Part shown: positions 19,438-29,484 of the stretch, in pieces
Numbering within the stretch: the stretch's first letter is position 1
How the letters are laid out: every line of letters begins with the position of its first letter
From: Fuerstiella sp.
GTDB taxonomy: Bacteria > Planctomycetota > Planctomycetia > Planctomycetales > Planctomycetaceae
DNA length: 64,000 nt
Assembly: GCA_029245955.1 (NCBI GenBank)
Contig: JAQWOH010000043.1
Coordinates: 261,365 to 325,364 of the forward strand
Reading direction: 5' to 3'
The notes under the pieces: model-generated
What the model saw: only the letters and a program-made list of their open reading frames with translations
Told to the model about the DNA's origin: nothing
The model's database searches: none
Position numbers and translations under genes: made by a program

Positions 19438-20694
19438 ATGCATGACCTGCCTGCCTACGTAAACACAATTTCCCAAAACGCCCGCCAGGCGGCAACGGAT
19501 CTGTCAACTGTCAATGGGGAACAGAAGCTGCGCTGGCTGAACAGCTGCGCAGAAAGCCTCGTCGCTCGCGCCGAAGAAATTATTGCTGCGAACGCGAAGG
19601 ATCTGGCGGCAGGCGAAGCAAAGGGATTAAGCAGTGCCATGCTCGATCGCCTGCGTCTTTCGCCGGAACGCCTGCAGGGCGTGGCTGAGGCTGTGACTGA
19701 GATTGGCCAGTTACCCGACCCGGTCGGTGAAATCATGGACAGCTGTAAACGGCCCAATGGACTGTTGGTGACCAAGGTGCGAGTACCGCTGGGTGTGGTC
19801 TTCTTCATTTATGAATCCCGGCCAAATGTCACCGTCGATGCCGCGGCATTATGTGTGAAGAGCGGTAACGCCGTAATTCTGCGAGGCGGCAGCGAAGCGT
19901 TTCACAGTAACACGGCGTTGTACTCAATCCTGCGAGCAAGCCTGATAGCAGAAGGCTTGCCAGAGAATGCGGTACAACTTGTGGAAACGACCGATCGCGC
20001 AGCCGTCGGCGAGTTTCTTGGCAAGGGTGAACTGATCGACGTAACGATTCCTCGCGGTGGCAGGTCACTGATTGAACGAGTGTCCAGAGAAGCAACGATG
20101 CCCGTGATCAAGCACTTCGACGGCATCTGTCACGTCTATCTCGACAGTACCGCCGATCAGCAAATGGCCACTAACATTGTGATCAACAGCAAGTGCCAGC
20201 GACCTGGCGTCTGCAATGCCGCTGAAACACTGCTGGTGCACAGGGGCGCCGCAGAACGATTCTGGCCGGCCCTGGCCGCCGAGTTGCAGTCTAACGGCGT
20301 TGCACTGCGCTGCTGTTCACGGAGCGCCACAGGAGTCGCGGGCGCAGCAGTCGCGACGGACCAAGATTATGCAACGGAATACCTGGACCTGATACTGTCA
20401 GTTCGCGTAGTTGATTCAGTGGAAGATGCGGCGGCTCACATTCGAAAGTTCGGTTCCGGCCATACCGAGTCAATTGTCACACAGAGTCTTGTGGCCGCAG
20501 AGTACTTCCAGAATCATGTTGATTCGGCAGCCGTCATGATCAATGCCAGTACTCGTTTTAACGACGGGGGAGTGTTCGGCCTGGGAGCAGAGATCGGCAT
20601 CAGCACGGATCGCTTCCACGCTCGCGGTCCTTGCGGACTTCGTGAAATCATGAGCTACAAATACGTTGTCCACGGTTCCGGACAGATTCGGTAA
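19438..20694 (+). CDS. proA: Gamma-glutamyl phosphate reductase
   Basis: ATG 19438 gives [19 protein letters not shown]. Matches include [39 protein letters not shown], the catalytic-Cys region [10 protein letters not shown] and [10 protein letters not shown]. proB is not adjacent. Confidence 0.9.
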   Translation: MHDLPAYVNTISQNARQAATDLSTVNGEQKLRWLNSCAESLVARAEEIIAANAKDLAAGEAKGLSSAMLDRLRLSPERLQGVAEAVTEIGQLPDPVGEIMDSCKRPNGLLVTKVRVPLGVVFFIYESRPNVTVDAAALCVKSGNAVILRGGSEAFHSNTALYSILRASLIAEGLPENAVQLVETTDRAAVGEFLGKGELIDVTIPRGGRSLIERVSREATMPVIKHFDGICHVYLDSTADQQMATNIVINSKCQRPGVCNAAETLLVHRGAAERFWPALAAELQSNGVALRCCSRSATGVAGAAVATDQDYATEYLDLILSVRVVDSVEDAAAHIRKFGSGHTESIVTQSLVAAEYFQNHVDSAAVMINASTRFNDGGVFGLGAEIGISTDRFHARGPCGLREIMSYKYVVHGSGQIR

Positions 20695-20729
20695 CCGGGA
20701 ACAGCGATTTCTTCACCTGCGTCCCTGAG

Positions 20730-23165
20730 ATGCCAGCAATGACCGCAATGCGCAGATTTTGTTTTTTCCCGATTGTTGTGCTGTCCTGTCTGCCGATCAG
20801 CCGTGCAGACAACAGTTCCCCCCCACAGGTGCGGTCAATACTGCAGGCGAAGTGCTTTCGCTGCCATGGCCCGAAAAAGCAGAATGCCGAGGTGCGACTG
20901 GACTCTTTGTCGACAGATCTGGTTGAAAACTCGCTGGGAGCAGACACTTGGCACGACGCGTTAAATGTTATCAATATGGGGGAAATGCCGCCGGATGATG
21001 AAGTCCCGCTAACCCCTGAAGAACGCCGGGCCGTCACCGGCTGGATTGCAGGACAACTCAACCGACTTGCGAAGTCCCGCAAATCCACCAACGGTCGCGT
21101 CGTTCTGCGGCGTCTGAACCGGATCGAGTATCAAAACACGATGGCAGATCTGTTAGGGCTTGAAATCGACTATGTGAAAAACCTTCCGCCGGATCCACTC
21201 AGTGAAGATGGTTTTCGGAACAACGGTACTGCACTAAGAATGTCGGCGCTGCAACTGGAGTATTACCTGAAAGCCGCCCGCGACGGTCTGCAGCGGGCCA
21301 TTGTCGAGGGCCCGGCTCCGGCGATCTTCGAACACAGCGCAGACGAAACCGTGGCAGATAAAGGGAAGGGCAACTGGACGAATCGTCTGGGACGTTCCGG
21401 ACAGTTTGTGGCTCGCATTCCTGAGTTCCCTGACGAAGGTGAATTCACTCTGCAAGTAAGAACAAGGGCCGAAATCCCCGCCGGCAGTGCGTGGCCCGTC
21501 ATGCAGATCAAACTGGGATTTCGAGCCGATGTAAGCAGTCCGGCTCGCGTGGTGGGAACCATCGACGTTGCCAACACCACAACGAAAGAATTTAGTTTCC
21601 ATGGCAGGTTCGAAGAGTTCCCGATTCAGAGTCGTACTCAGAGTAAGTATCCTGGAATGCTGATCTGGATCGAAAACATCTACTCGGACGGGAAGACTGC
21701 TCCGAAACCGGAACAGGTCGTTGAGCAGCTTCCAAACGGCAAGAAACGAAAAACGACGGTCTGGAAGGAAGATCCACAGTTTCCGAAGATCATCGTGGAG
21801 TCGATTGCTTTCAAAGCTCCCGTCTTTGCCACGTGGCCGCCGCAGCATCACACACGAATCATTCCGCGCCTGCCGGCCTCCGTGGATGACGAACGTTCAG
21901 CAGCAGAGCGATCGCTGCGAACGTTTCTGCCGCAGGCGTTTCGTCGGTCTGTAGATGACGGTGATGTTCAGACGTTTATGAAATTCTTTGACGCGGTGCG
22001 TCTCACACTGGACAGCTTTGAGGCAGCGATGCGAGAAGTAATCGCAATGGCACTCGTCTCACCCGACTTCCTCTACATCGCAGAACCGAACAGCGACGGC
22101 CAACCGCTGAACGACTTTGAGCTGGCAAATCGACTTTCATATTTCCTCTGGAGCACGATGCCTGACCAGCAGCTCTTTGAATTGGCGAAATCCGGAAGCC
22201 TGAACCAGCCACAGCAGCTTGGCACGGAAGTTGGACGAATGCTGAGAGATCCTCGCTCAAACGCATTCGTGGAACAGTTTGCAGATCAGTGGCTGGACCT
22301 GAGCGGCATTGATCGAGTGGCCGTCAATCCTGAGTTCTATCCGGACTTTGATAACGCTCTCAAACCGCAATTTCGACAGGAGACGCAGAAATTCTTCGGT
22401 GAAGTTCTGCACAGCAATGAAAGCGCACTGGCGTTCCTGGACTCAGACTTCGTAATGCTCAACCAGTCTCTGGCAGATCACTATGGTATTGCCGGCCCAA
22501 GGGGCTCCGCTTTTGAAAGAGTTGATCTGCCGGCAGAGAGTCATCGCGGCGGTCTGTTGGGGCATGGTTCGGTGCTGCTGGCCAATTCCACTGGTGACGA
22601 CTCGCACCCAATTAAGCGAGCCGTCTGGATTCGCGAGCGACTGCTTGATGATCCCCCGGCTCCGCCTCCGCCGAACGTCCCCGACCTGAACCAGGAATTA
22701 CCCGAACTGGCACAATTACCGCTGAAGAAACAGCTGGAACTTCATCTGGAAAACGATGCCTGTGCAGGCTGCCACCTTAGTATTGATCCGTGGGGGGTGG
22801 CTCTTGAGCGATTTGATGCAATCGGTCTGCAGAGGAAGTACATTCGTCGCCGCAGTTCAGACAAAAAGGGGCAGTTTGTTAAACACGCGGTCGACACCGC
22901 CACACGATTGCCGGACGGTTACAGAATTGACGGACTGGCCGACTTGAAAGCTTATCTGGTCACTTACAAGAGTCAGGATTTTGCGAGAACCCTGGTCGTC
23001 AAACTGTTAACCTATGCACTTGGTCGCACGCTGGAGTTCAGTGATGACGATACTGTTGATAACCTGACGCTTCGGTTTGTGAAATCCGGCTACCAGCTCA
23101 GGACGCTGATTCGTGATATCGCATGCAGCGAAGTGTTTCGTGGTGTAACCACCAGGAAACAGTGA
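20730..23165 (+). CDS. PSCyt (planctomycete cytochrome c) / DUF1587-DUF1592-DUF1595-DUF1588-DUF1585 family protein
   Basis: A signal peptide is followed by the heme-binding motif CFRCHGPKKQNAEVRLD. Further matches are RRLNRIEYQNTMADLLG, LANRLSYFLWSTMPD, HPIKRAVWIRERLL and the second-Cys-pair region DACAGCH. Length is 811 aa. Confidence 0.85.
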   Translation: MPAMTAMRRFCFFPIVVLSCLPISRADNSSPPQVRSILQAKCFRCHGPKKQNAEVRLDSLSTDLVENSLGADTWHDALNVINMGEMPPDDEVPLTPEERRAVTGWIAGQLNRLAKSRKSTNGRVVLRRLNRIEYQNTMADLLGLEIDYVKNLPPDPLSEDGFRNNGTALRMSALQLEYYLKAARDGLQRAIVEGPAPAIFEHSADETVADKGKGNWTNRLGRSGQFVARIPEFPDEGEFTLQVRTRAEIPAGSAWPVMQIKLGFRADVSSPARVVGTIDVANTTTKEFSFHGRFEEFPIQSRTQSKYPGMLIWIENIYSDGKTAPKPEQVVEQLPNGKKRKTTVWKEDPQFPKIIVESIAFKAPVFATWPPQHHTRIIPRLPASVDDERSAAERSLRTFLPQAFRRSVDDGDVQTFMKFFDAVRLTLDSFEAAMREVIAMALVSPDFLYIAEPNSDGQPLNDFELANRLSYFLWSTMPDQQLFELAKSGSLNQPQQLGTEVGRMLRDPRSNAFVEQFADQWLDLSGIDRVAVNPEFYPDFDNALKPQFRQETQKFFGEVLHSNESALAFLDSDFVMLNQSLADHYGIAGPRGSAFERVDLPAESHRGGLLGHGSVLLANSTGDDSHPIKRAVWIRERLLDDPPAPPPPNVPDLNQELPELAQLPLKKQLELHLENDACAGCHLSIDPWGVALERFDAIGLQRKYIRRRSSDKKGQFVKHAVDTATRLPDGYRIDGLADLKAYLVTYKSQDFARTLVVKLLTYALGRTLEFSDDDTVDNLTLRFVKSGYQLRTLIRDIACSEVFRGVTTRKQ

Positions 23166-23231
23166 AGTGGCAGTCTCGCAGCGTCGGAATACCGATAGTC
23201 TGAATCAAAAGCCATACGAAAAGGACAACGC

Positions 23232-24575
23232 GTGTCTGACAAATCATGGCACATGCCGCGACGTACGATGCTGCAAGGCTGCGGTGTAACGATCGGGCTT
23301 CCATACTTCGAGTGTATGGCGGACCACGCATCTGCTACGTCACGTCCCCGCAGATTCTGTGCCGTCTACTTCCCCTACGGCATCGTACTGCGCGACGAAG
23401 ATTCCGATGCCGGCAGATGGAACTGGTTTCCTAAAGGCAGCGGGACGGACTTCCGGTTCGGAGACAGTCACCGGGCGCTGGAACCGCTGAGAAATGATCT
23501 GACGATTTTCAGCGGACTGTCACACCCCAACGGTCGCAGAATGAATGGACATGACACATCGGACGTCTGGCTGACAGCTGCGGAGCTGAAGGGAGGACAG
23601 CTGAAGAATTCAGTGTCGATCGATCAATTGATCGCACTGCGGCACGCTGACAGCACTCGATTTGCGTCGCTGATTATGTCCACAGACGGAGGCGTTGGCG
23701 AACCAACCCGGTCGAGCACACTGTCCTTCAGCCGCACAGGACAGCCGATTCCGGCCATGAACAGACCGCGTATGGTCTTTAACCGCTTCTTCGGCGCAGA
23801 CACGGAGTCACTGAAAAAGCAGACGCAGCAGCTTAAAAACTCCGCCAGCATGCTCGACCTTGTACTGGAACATTCGAGGTCATTGCATCGTCGTCTCGGC
23901 CGACTGGATCAGATGAAACTTGATGAGTATCTGGCGTCCGTGCGTCAGATCGAAAAGCGCGTGGAACAGTCACAACGCTGGCTGCACGTTCCCAAACCTC
24001 AGGTTTCGGCCACAGACCTTCATCTTGACGCCGACGACACAACACCTGGCGAATTGATCAGGACCATGTACGACCTGATTTTTCTGGCCTTCCAGACAGA
24101 TTCCACGCGAGCGGCCACGTACCAGCTCGGCAATATGAACGGAGCGACTTCCATTGCCGGCAAGTTTCCTCAATTACTCGGCTTCGCCAACAAGATGCAT
24201 GCGCTGGCACATGGCGCCAGAAAAGGTGATGCCGGTGCAGAAAACCTCGGTCAATGGGACCGTTTTCTGACCGAACAGCTGGCTTATTTCATACATCGCC
24301 TGAAGGACACCCCGGAAGGCGATGGCAATCTGCTGGACCACACAATGATCTTTTATGGCAGCAGCAACAGCCACACTCACGTCAATCAGAACTATCCCCT
24401 GCTGCTGGCAGGCGGCGACAAGCTGGGCCTGAAGCACGGTCAGTACCTGCCGATGACTGAAGACGTACCACTGTCCAACCTGTTTGTCACCCTGCTGAAC
24501 CGTCTGGATACGCCCGTCAATCATTTCGTGGACAGCACGGGCGAAGTCGCTGAAGTCGTGACAATGCTGAATTGA
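23232..24575 (+). CDS. DUF1552 family protein (Tat-signal, sulfatase/alkaline-phosphatase-like partner of DUF1592 proteins)
   Basis: The N-terminus MPRRTMLQGCGVTIGLPYFE is twin-arginine-like. It lies immediately downstream of the DUF1592 gene, which is the classic planctomycete pair. Length is 447 aa. Confidence 0.8.
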   Translation: MSDKSWHMPRRTMLQGCGVTIGLPYFECMADHASATSRPRRFCAVYFPYGIVLRDEDSDAGRWNWFPKGSGTDFRFGDSHRALEPLRNDLTIFSGLSHPNGRRMNGHDTSDVWLTAAELKGGQLKNSVSIDQLIALRHADSTRFASLIMSTDGGVGEPTRSSTLSFSRTGQPIPAMNRPRMVFNRFFGADTESLKKQTQQLKNSASMLDLVLEHSRSLHRRLGRLDQMKLDEYLASVRQIEKRVEQSQRWLHVPKPQVSATDLHLDADDTTPGELIRTMYDLIFLAFQTDSTRAATYQLGNMNGATSIAGKFPQLLGFANKMHALAHGARKGDAGAENLGQWDRFLTEQLAYFIHRLKDTPEGDGNLLDHTMIFYGSSNSHTHVNQNYPLLLAGGDKLGLKHGQYLPMTEDVPLSNLFVTLLNRLDTPVNHFVDSTGEVAEVVTMLN

Positions 24576-24650
24576 TCTACACTTCGCAGTTCAGATGCTG
24601 ACCAACACTCCTTTGCGCCGCATCTTCTCACGAACGTATGTCTGCAGCCC

Positions 24651-25241
24651 TTACAACGCCATTTGCCATTGCTTAATGGCATCAATGGGACGCACCAACA
24701 TCACAACATTCAGCGTCAAACAGTCACGAATGGCCAGCACCAGAAGAAGCTCGGTTACCAGGAAAAACATGACAGAATGCGATGGCTTTAAACGAGCGGC
24801 CAAAAGGAATCCCGCTGCACAGGCTACGATGTCAAACATTGAGTTTGCGATCGAGTCACCGTAATAGTCCAGAGAAATGGTGGCCTCGCGGTAGCGGTCG
24901 ATGATCAACGTAGAGTTCTCCAGAACCTCCCAGCCGGCCTCAAGCAGGACTGCAGCGAGAAACCGATGAGACAACGGTCCAGACTTCCCTAGCCCGTACA
25001 ACAGAACGTACAGGACGATTCCATGAAGTACGTGGGTGAAGAAGTACGGGTCGATGAGGTGCTGAGAGTTGTGCTGCGACCAGATATCCCATGACCAGGG
25101 CGTCCAATTGCCACACTCACACCAGTGAACTCGTCCCATCAGATGCAGCACGGCCGCCGTGACCAGCATTACGCCGGCTGTCACGACAAGACACTTTATG
25201 ACGCGAAACTCCGGCCGCGGAAAACTGACGTCGTCATTCAT
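24651..25241 (-). CDS. DUF2585 (UPF0314) family integral membrane protein
   Basis: Matches my memory of the family consensus: MGR..C.CG, NSQHLIDPYFFTHVLHG, ENSTLIIDRYREATISLDYYGDSIANS, AIRDCLTLNVVMLV and PIDAIKQWQ. Confidence 0.75.
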   Translation of the reverse strand: MNDDVSFPRPEFRVIKCLVVTAGVMLVTAAVLHLMGRVHWCECGNWTPWSWDIWSQHNSQHLIDPYFFTHVLHGIVLYVLLYGLGKSGPLSHRFLAAVLLEAGWEVLENSTLIIDRYREATISLDYYGDSIANSMFDIVACAAGFLLAARLKPSHSVMFFLVTELLLVLAIRDCLTLNVVMLVRPIDAIKQWQMAL

Positions 25242-25601
25242 TGAAAATTAGGCTGATATCCATAATTTCAGCAATCTGACTGAGCGAATTCAGACCACCG
25301 AACGGCCTGCGTGTTGCTCAGGCGATCAAATGAGTAACGCCCGCTTTACCATCATCATAAGAATAAACGACGACAGAGAGCCACACGAATTGGTGCAGCA
25401 GGAGGAAATTCGCGGTCTCCATATCGCTTTTGAATCTATTCGATGACAATCCGCGGTCACTCCACTTCACGTATGCTCGATTCTTCCTAGAATCCCCGTT
25501 CATATCTGATCCGGTGCCGTCTGCCACCGAAAAAACCGCCCGTATTCTTGATCCGTCCTGAGCAACCAGAAGCCGCCTGAGAGCGGAACCCTGAATATTC
25601 C

Positions 25602-28598
25602 ATGGCCAAACGTGTTCGTATTGATGATCGGGTTGAACAGCGAACACGAGAAATCGGGGAAGAGTTGTTTGGGCGACTGAATCATCGCACTCCCTCCATA
25701 TTCCACGGCCGCTGGTGGGAAGATCGCCTGATGAACTGGGCGATGGAAGACGAAGCGGTCAAAGTTCAGATGTTTCGCTTTGTGGATGTGCTGCCCATGC
25801 TGAGGGACCACACATCCATTGCCAGGCATCTGGAAGAGTATTTCGAAGACGTCAAACAGCATCTGCCGTGGGCCGCACGAATTGGACTGGATCTGTCAAC
25901 CAATAACAGCATTCTTAGTCGGGCACTCGCGTTCAACGCCCGAACCAATGCGTCGCGGATGGCGCGACGCTTTATCGCTGGCGAGAACGTACCGGAAGTG
26001 CTCAGATCCGTGCGGCAACTGCGGCAAAGCGGCTTCGCCTTTACACTGGACCTGCTGGGCGAATCAATCATCAGCGATACTGAAGCGAATCAATATCAGC
26101 AGGCTTATATCAACCTGATCACAGGCATGTCGGAAAAGGTCGACAGCTGGTCTGAAGTCAGAGTACTGGACAATGATCACATCCGACCGATTCCTCGATT
26201 GAATGTGTCCATCAAGCTGTCGGCGCTGGACAGTCAGTTCTGCTCGATTGATCCGGTGGGAAGTCGAGATCGGGTGCTTCAGCGCCTCCGGCCGATTCTA
26301 AGAGCTGCCCAGGAACACCATGCCTACGTTCACTTCGACGTGGAACAGTACGACTACAGAAACCTGACGTTCGACATCTTCGAACACGTGTTGATGGAAG
26401 ACGAATTTCGATCATTTTCCGACGCAGGCATCGTGGTGCAGGCTTATCTTCACAACGCGGAAAATGACCTGAAGCGACTGCTTAAGTGGACAAAAAAACG
26501 GGGCACTCCGATCACCGTAAGGCTGGTCAAGGGAGCGTACTGGGACTACGAAACTATTCGTTCCGAATACCGTAACTGGCCGTCGCCGGTGTTCCGTCGC
26601 AAATGGCAGTCGGACGACAGCTTTGAAAAACTGTGCCGGTTCCTGATGAAGAACCACGAATGGCTGAGGCCTGCGTTAGCCAGCCACAACCTGCGAAGCC
26701 TGTCTCACGGGCTGGCGTGGGCCGAAGAATACAAGGTTCCCAGGCGGGCCTATGAAATACAGATGCTGTACGGCATGGGCGACAACCAGGCTCAGTTGTT
26801 TTCTGAGCGTGGCTATCGCGTCCGTATTTACACGCCGTTTGGCGAGCTGATTCCCGGCATGGCCTACCTTGTGCGGCGACTGCTGGAAAACACATCCAAC
26901 GATTCCTTCATTCGGCAGAGCTTCACAGAACATGTTGCCGTGGAGAAACTTCTCATGAAACCATCCGATCACGCTGTCGCAGAACCTCCAATTGAAGATG
27001 AGGTTGCCGAGGGCTTCACCAACGAACCGTTGACCGATTTCAGCATCGAAGACAACCGCGTTGCCATGCAACAGGCTCTGGACGATGCTCGCAGCGAATT
27101 CGGGCAGACGTATCCGTTGGTGATCGACGGTAAGTCCAGTGAAAGCCGTAGTACTCTGAGCTCGCGGAATCCGTCGGACACCGCAGAAGTTGTCGGACAC
27201 GTGGCATCGGCGACCGCAGATCAGGCCGCAGATGCGGTTGACGCAGCTCAACGCGCCTTCCCGCAGTGGGCGGCCATGGAAACGAATAACCGCTGTGAGT
27301 ACCTGGAATTGATCGCCGCAGAGATGCGCGAACGACGCTTCGAGATGTCGGCGTGGATCTGCTTCGAAGTCGGCAAGCCGTGGCCCGAAGCGGACGCGGA
27401 CGTGGCGGAGGCAATCGACTTCTGCATGTATTACGCTCATGAAATGCGGCGTCTGGATGCTCCTCAGCAATGTGACTTCAAGGGCGAAGAAAACAGCTAC
27501 AGCTACCGGCCACGAGGAGTCGCAGCCGTGATTACTCCGTGGAATTTCCCGTTGGCCATTCTTACAGGTATGACGACTGCCGCCATCGTGGCCGGCAACA
27601 CCGTTGTGATGAAACCCGCTGAGCAGTCTTCCGTCGTTGCGGCAAAGTTTATGGAGATCATTCGTAATGCCGGAGTTCCGGACGGTGTCGTTAACTTTCT
27701 ACCGGGAATCGGTGAAGACGTTGGCCCGGAACTTGTCGGCAGTCCCGACGTTGATCTTGTCTGTTTCACCGGCTCGCAGGAGGTCGGACTGGAGATCAAT
27801 CGTGTCGCATCTGACACCGATCAACGCCAAACCAGCGTTCGTCACGTCGTCGCTGAAATGGGCGGCAAGAATGCCATCATCATTGACGACGACGCAGACC
27901 TCGACGAAGCGGTTCTGGGCGTCATCCACAGTGCCTTCGGGTATGCGGGACAGAAGTGTTCAGCATGTTCCCGAGTCATCGTCCTCGAGGCAGCATACGA
28001 CGCGTTTGTTAAGCGACTGATTGAAGCCACAAAGAGCCTGAATGTGGGAGCAGCCGATGATCCCGCAACCACCGTAGGCCCCGTTATTGACGATGACGCT
28101 CGAAAGCGTGTCTTGAAAGCCGCGAAAGCAGTTGATCCGGACTACGGGGAAGAACTGGCTTTGGCGGTGGACGTGAAGCAACTTGCCAAACAGGGTACGT
28201 TCGTCGGCCCTCATATCATCACAGGCGTCGACCCGGAGTCGAAAGTGGCTCAGAATGAGTTCTTCGGGCCGCTGTTGGCCGTCATGAAAGTAAAGAACCT
28301 GGACGAAGCGTTCAACATCGCCAACAACACACGTTTTGCACTGACCGGTGGCGTCTACAGTCGCAGCCCCGCCACTCTGAAACGAGCTCGCTCTGAATTC
28401 CAGGTGGGCAACCTGTACCTGAATCGTGAAATCACCGGAGCGATGGTTCAGCGTCACCCGTTCGGCGGTTTCCGCATGAGCGGGATTGGTACAAAAGCCG
28501 GAGGGCCCGACTATCTGCTGCAGTTCATGGTGCCGGTGAACGTGACAGAGAATACAATGAGACGCGGCTTTGCTCCTCCGTCTGATGAGAATGCATAG
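25602..28598 (+). CDS. putA: Bifunctional proline dehydrogenase / L-glutamate-gamma-semialdehyde (P5C) dehydrogenase PutA
   Basis: The N-terminal PRODH barrel motifs are VRLVKGAYWDYE and YEIQMLYGMG. The C-terminal ALDH motifs are FTGSQEVG, VAEMGGKNAIIIDDDADLDEA, GQKCSACSR and EFFGPLLAV. Length is 998 aa. There is no N-terminal RHH DNA-binding domain. Confidence 0.92.
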   Translation: MAKRVRIDDRVEQRTREIGEELFGRLNHRTPSIFHGRWWEDRLMNWAMEDEAVKVQMFRFVDVLPMLRDHTSIARHLEEYFEDVKQHLPWAARIGLDLSTNNSILSRALAFNARTNASRMARRFIAGENVPEVLRSVRQLRQSGFAFTLDLLGESIISDTEANQYQQAYINLITGMSEKVDSWSEVRVLDNDHIRPIPRLNVSIKLSALDSQFCSIDPVGSRDRVLQRLRPILRAAQEHHAYVHFDVEQYDYRNLTFDIFEHVLMEDEFRSFSDAGIVVQAYLHNAENDLKRLLKWTKKRGTPITVRLVKGAYWDYETIRSEYRNWPSPVFRRKWQSDDSFEKLCRFLMKNHEWLRPALASHNLRSLSHGLAWAEEYKVPRRAYEIQMLYGMGDNQAQLFSERGYRVRIYTPFGELIPGMAYLVRRLLENTSNDSFIRQSFTEHVAVEKLLMKPSDHAVAEPPIEDEVAEGFTNEPLTDFSIEDNRVAMQQALDDARSEFGQTYPLVIDGKSSESRSTLSSRNPSDTAEVVGHVASATADQAADAVDAAQRAFPQWAAMETNNRCEYLELIAAEMRERRFEMSAWICFEVGKPWPEADADVAEAIDFCMYYAHEMRRLDAPQQCDFKGEENSYSYRPRGVAAVITPWNFPLAILTGMTTAAIVAGNTVVMKPAEQSSVVAAKFMEIIRNAGVPDGVVNFLPGIGEDVGPELVGSPDVDLVCFTGSQEVGLEINRVASDTDQRQTSVRHVVAEMGGKNAIIIDDDADLDEAVLGVIHSAFGYAGQKCSACSRVIVLEAAYDAFVKRLIEATKSLNVGAADDPATTVGPVIDDDARKRVLKAAKAVDPDYGEELALAVDVKQLAKQGTFVGPHIITGVDPESKVAQNEFFGPLLAVMKVKNLDEAFNIANNTRFALTGGVYSRSPATLKRARSEFQVGNLYLNREITGAMVQRHPFGGFRMSGIGTKAGGPDYLLQFMVPVNVTENTMRRGFAPPSDENA

Positions 28599-28651
28599 CG
28601 GCTGGTCAGTTCGAACAGTCACGGAGTTTCAGGAATACTGGAAGTCATGCG

Positions 28652-28884
28652 ATGACCGGGTTGCCGATCATTGGTGCTTTCGCCGGTTGGCTGGCAGATA
28701 GATACACGAAGGAATCCGGCTTTGGACTTTTCGGGAATGTTATTGCCGACATCTTCGGCGCATTCGTAGGATGGGTCCGGTTTGGATTTCAGGCCTGCGG
28801 GCCACCGGATTCGTCGGGGTGATTGTGACATCCACTGCGGGTGCGGTGGCGTTCCTCACGGTGCTGGCACGCATCAGACAGCAG
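28652..28884 (+). pseudogene. GlsB/YeaQ/YmgE-family (transglycosylase-associated) small membrane protein, apparently frameshifted
   Basis: Frame +2 from ATG 28652 encodes helices 1-2 (MTGLPIIGAFAGWLADRYTKESGFGLFGNVIADIFGAFVGWVRFGFQ) and then stops at 28822. The expected third helix (TGFVGVIVTSTAGAVAFLTVLARIRQ) is encoded in frame +1 over 28804..28884. At 56 aa this product is below the ORF-track size cut-off. Confidence 0.4.
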
Positions 28885-29078
28885 CTCAATGTCGGCAACA
28901 TCGCCCCGCACGCAGAGCGTCGCGGGCTTGCCCTGCAGCCTCTGTCGGCTGAACACGTGTCGTCCGGCCAGTCCAGAATAACCTGTGCCTCCAGTGCCTT
29001 CAGGTCGGCCAGTACCTGTATCGAATTCGGTGCGTACATCTCGAAACACCGGGAGACGGTCGTCCTCAGCTTTATGCA

Positions 29079-29142
29079 AACTTGTTCTTCGTGGCTGTGT
29101 CGAAGAACAAGTTCTGCGGCATCGCCGATCGAAAGGATCGGC
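29079..29142. other. Two adjacent strong hairpins in a region without a confident CDS
   Basis: The first is a 13-bp perfect inverted repeat AACTTGTTCTTCG-(9 nt)-CGAAGAACAAGTT at 29079..29113. The second is a 7-bp hairpin GCCGATC-gaaag-GATCGGC at 29124..29142. Neither has an adjacent U-run on either strand. Confidence 0.6.
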
Positions 29143-29484
29143 AGTATACTGCTGCGACTGCACTAACAAATCCTGCCCCTGTGCCGAATGCAATTTTGTG
29201 CAACACAGTACACACAGAAATATTGCAACGACAAGTTCTACTTTCAGCCCGAACGACATCGGAATGTCCTTCGCGAAAAAGCAGACGAATGCCTGGAGTC
29301 GGACTGGCCAGTAGTCCCGGCATGCAGCCAGGCAAAACCGGTTCAGCTGATCAAAGACGATATCCACATTCAGATGAACATGGCAGAACAGCACTCTGCG
29401 CAAGAGACGCAAATGAAGTGTCATCCGACCGATTGATCGCGAGGGGCCAAGCCTCTGCCTCATCGGCGAACTAAGTATGCTGCT

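Noticed and set aside
26676-28622. 264-aa and 220-aa minus-strand ORFs (26676..27470, 27960..28622)
   Set aside because: They are antisense to putA, which has clear PRODH and ALDH motifs throughout.
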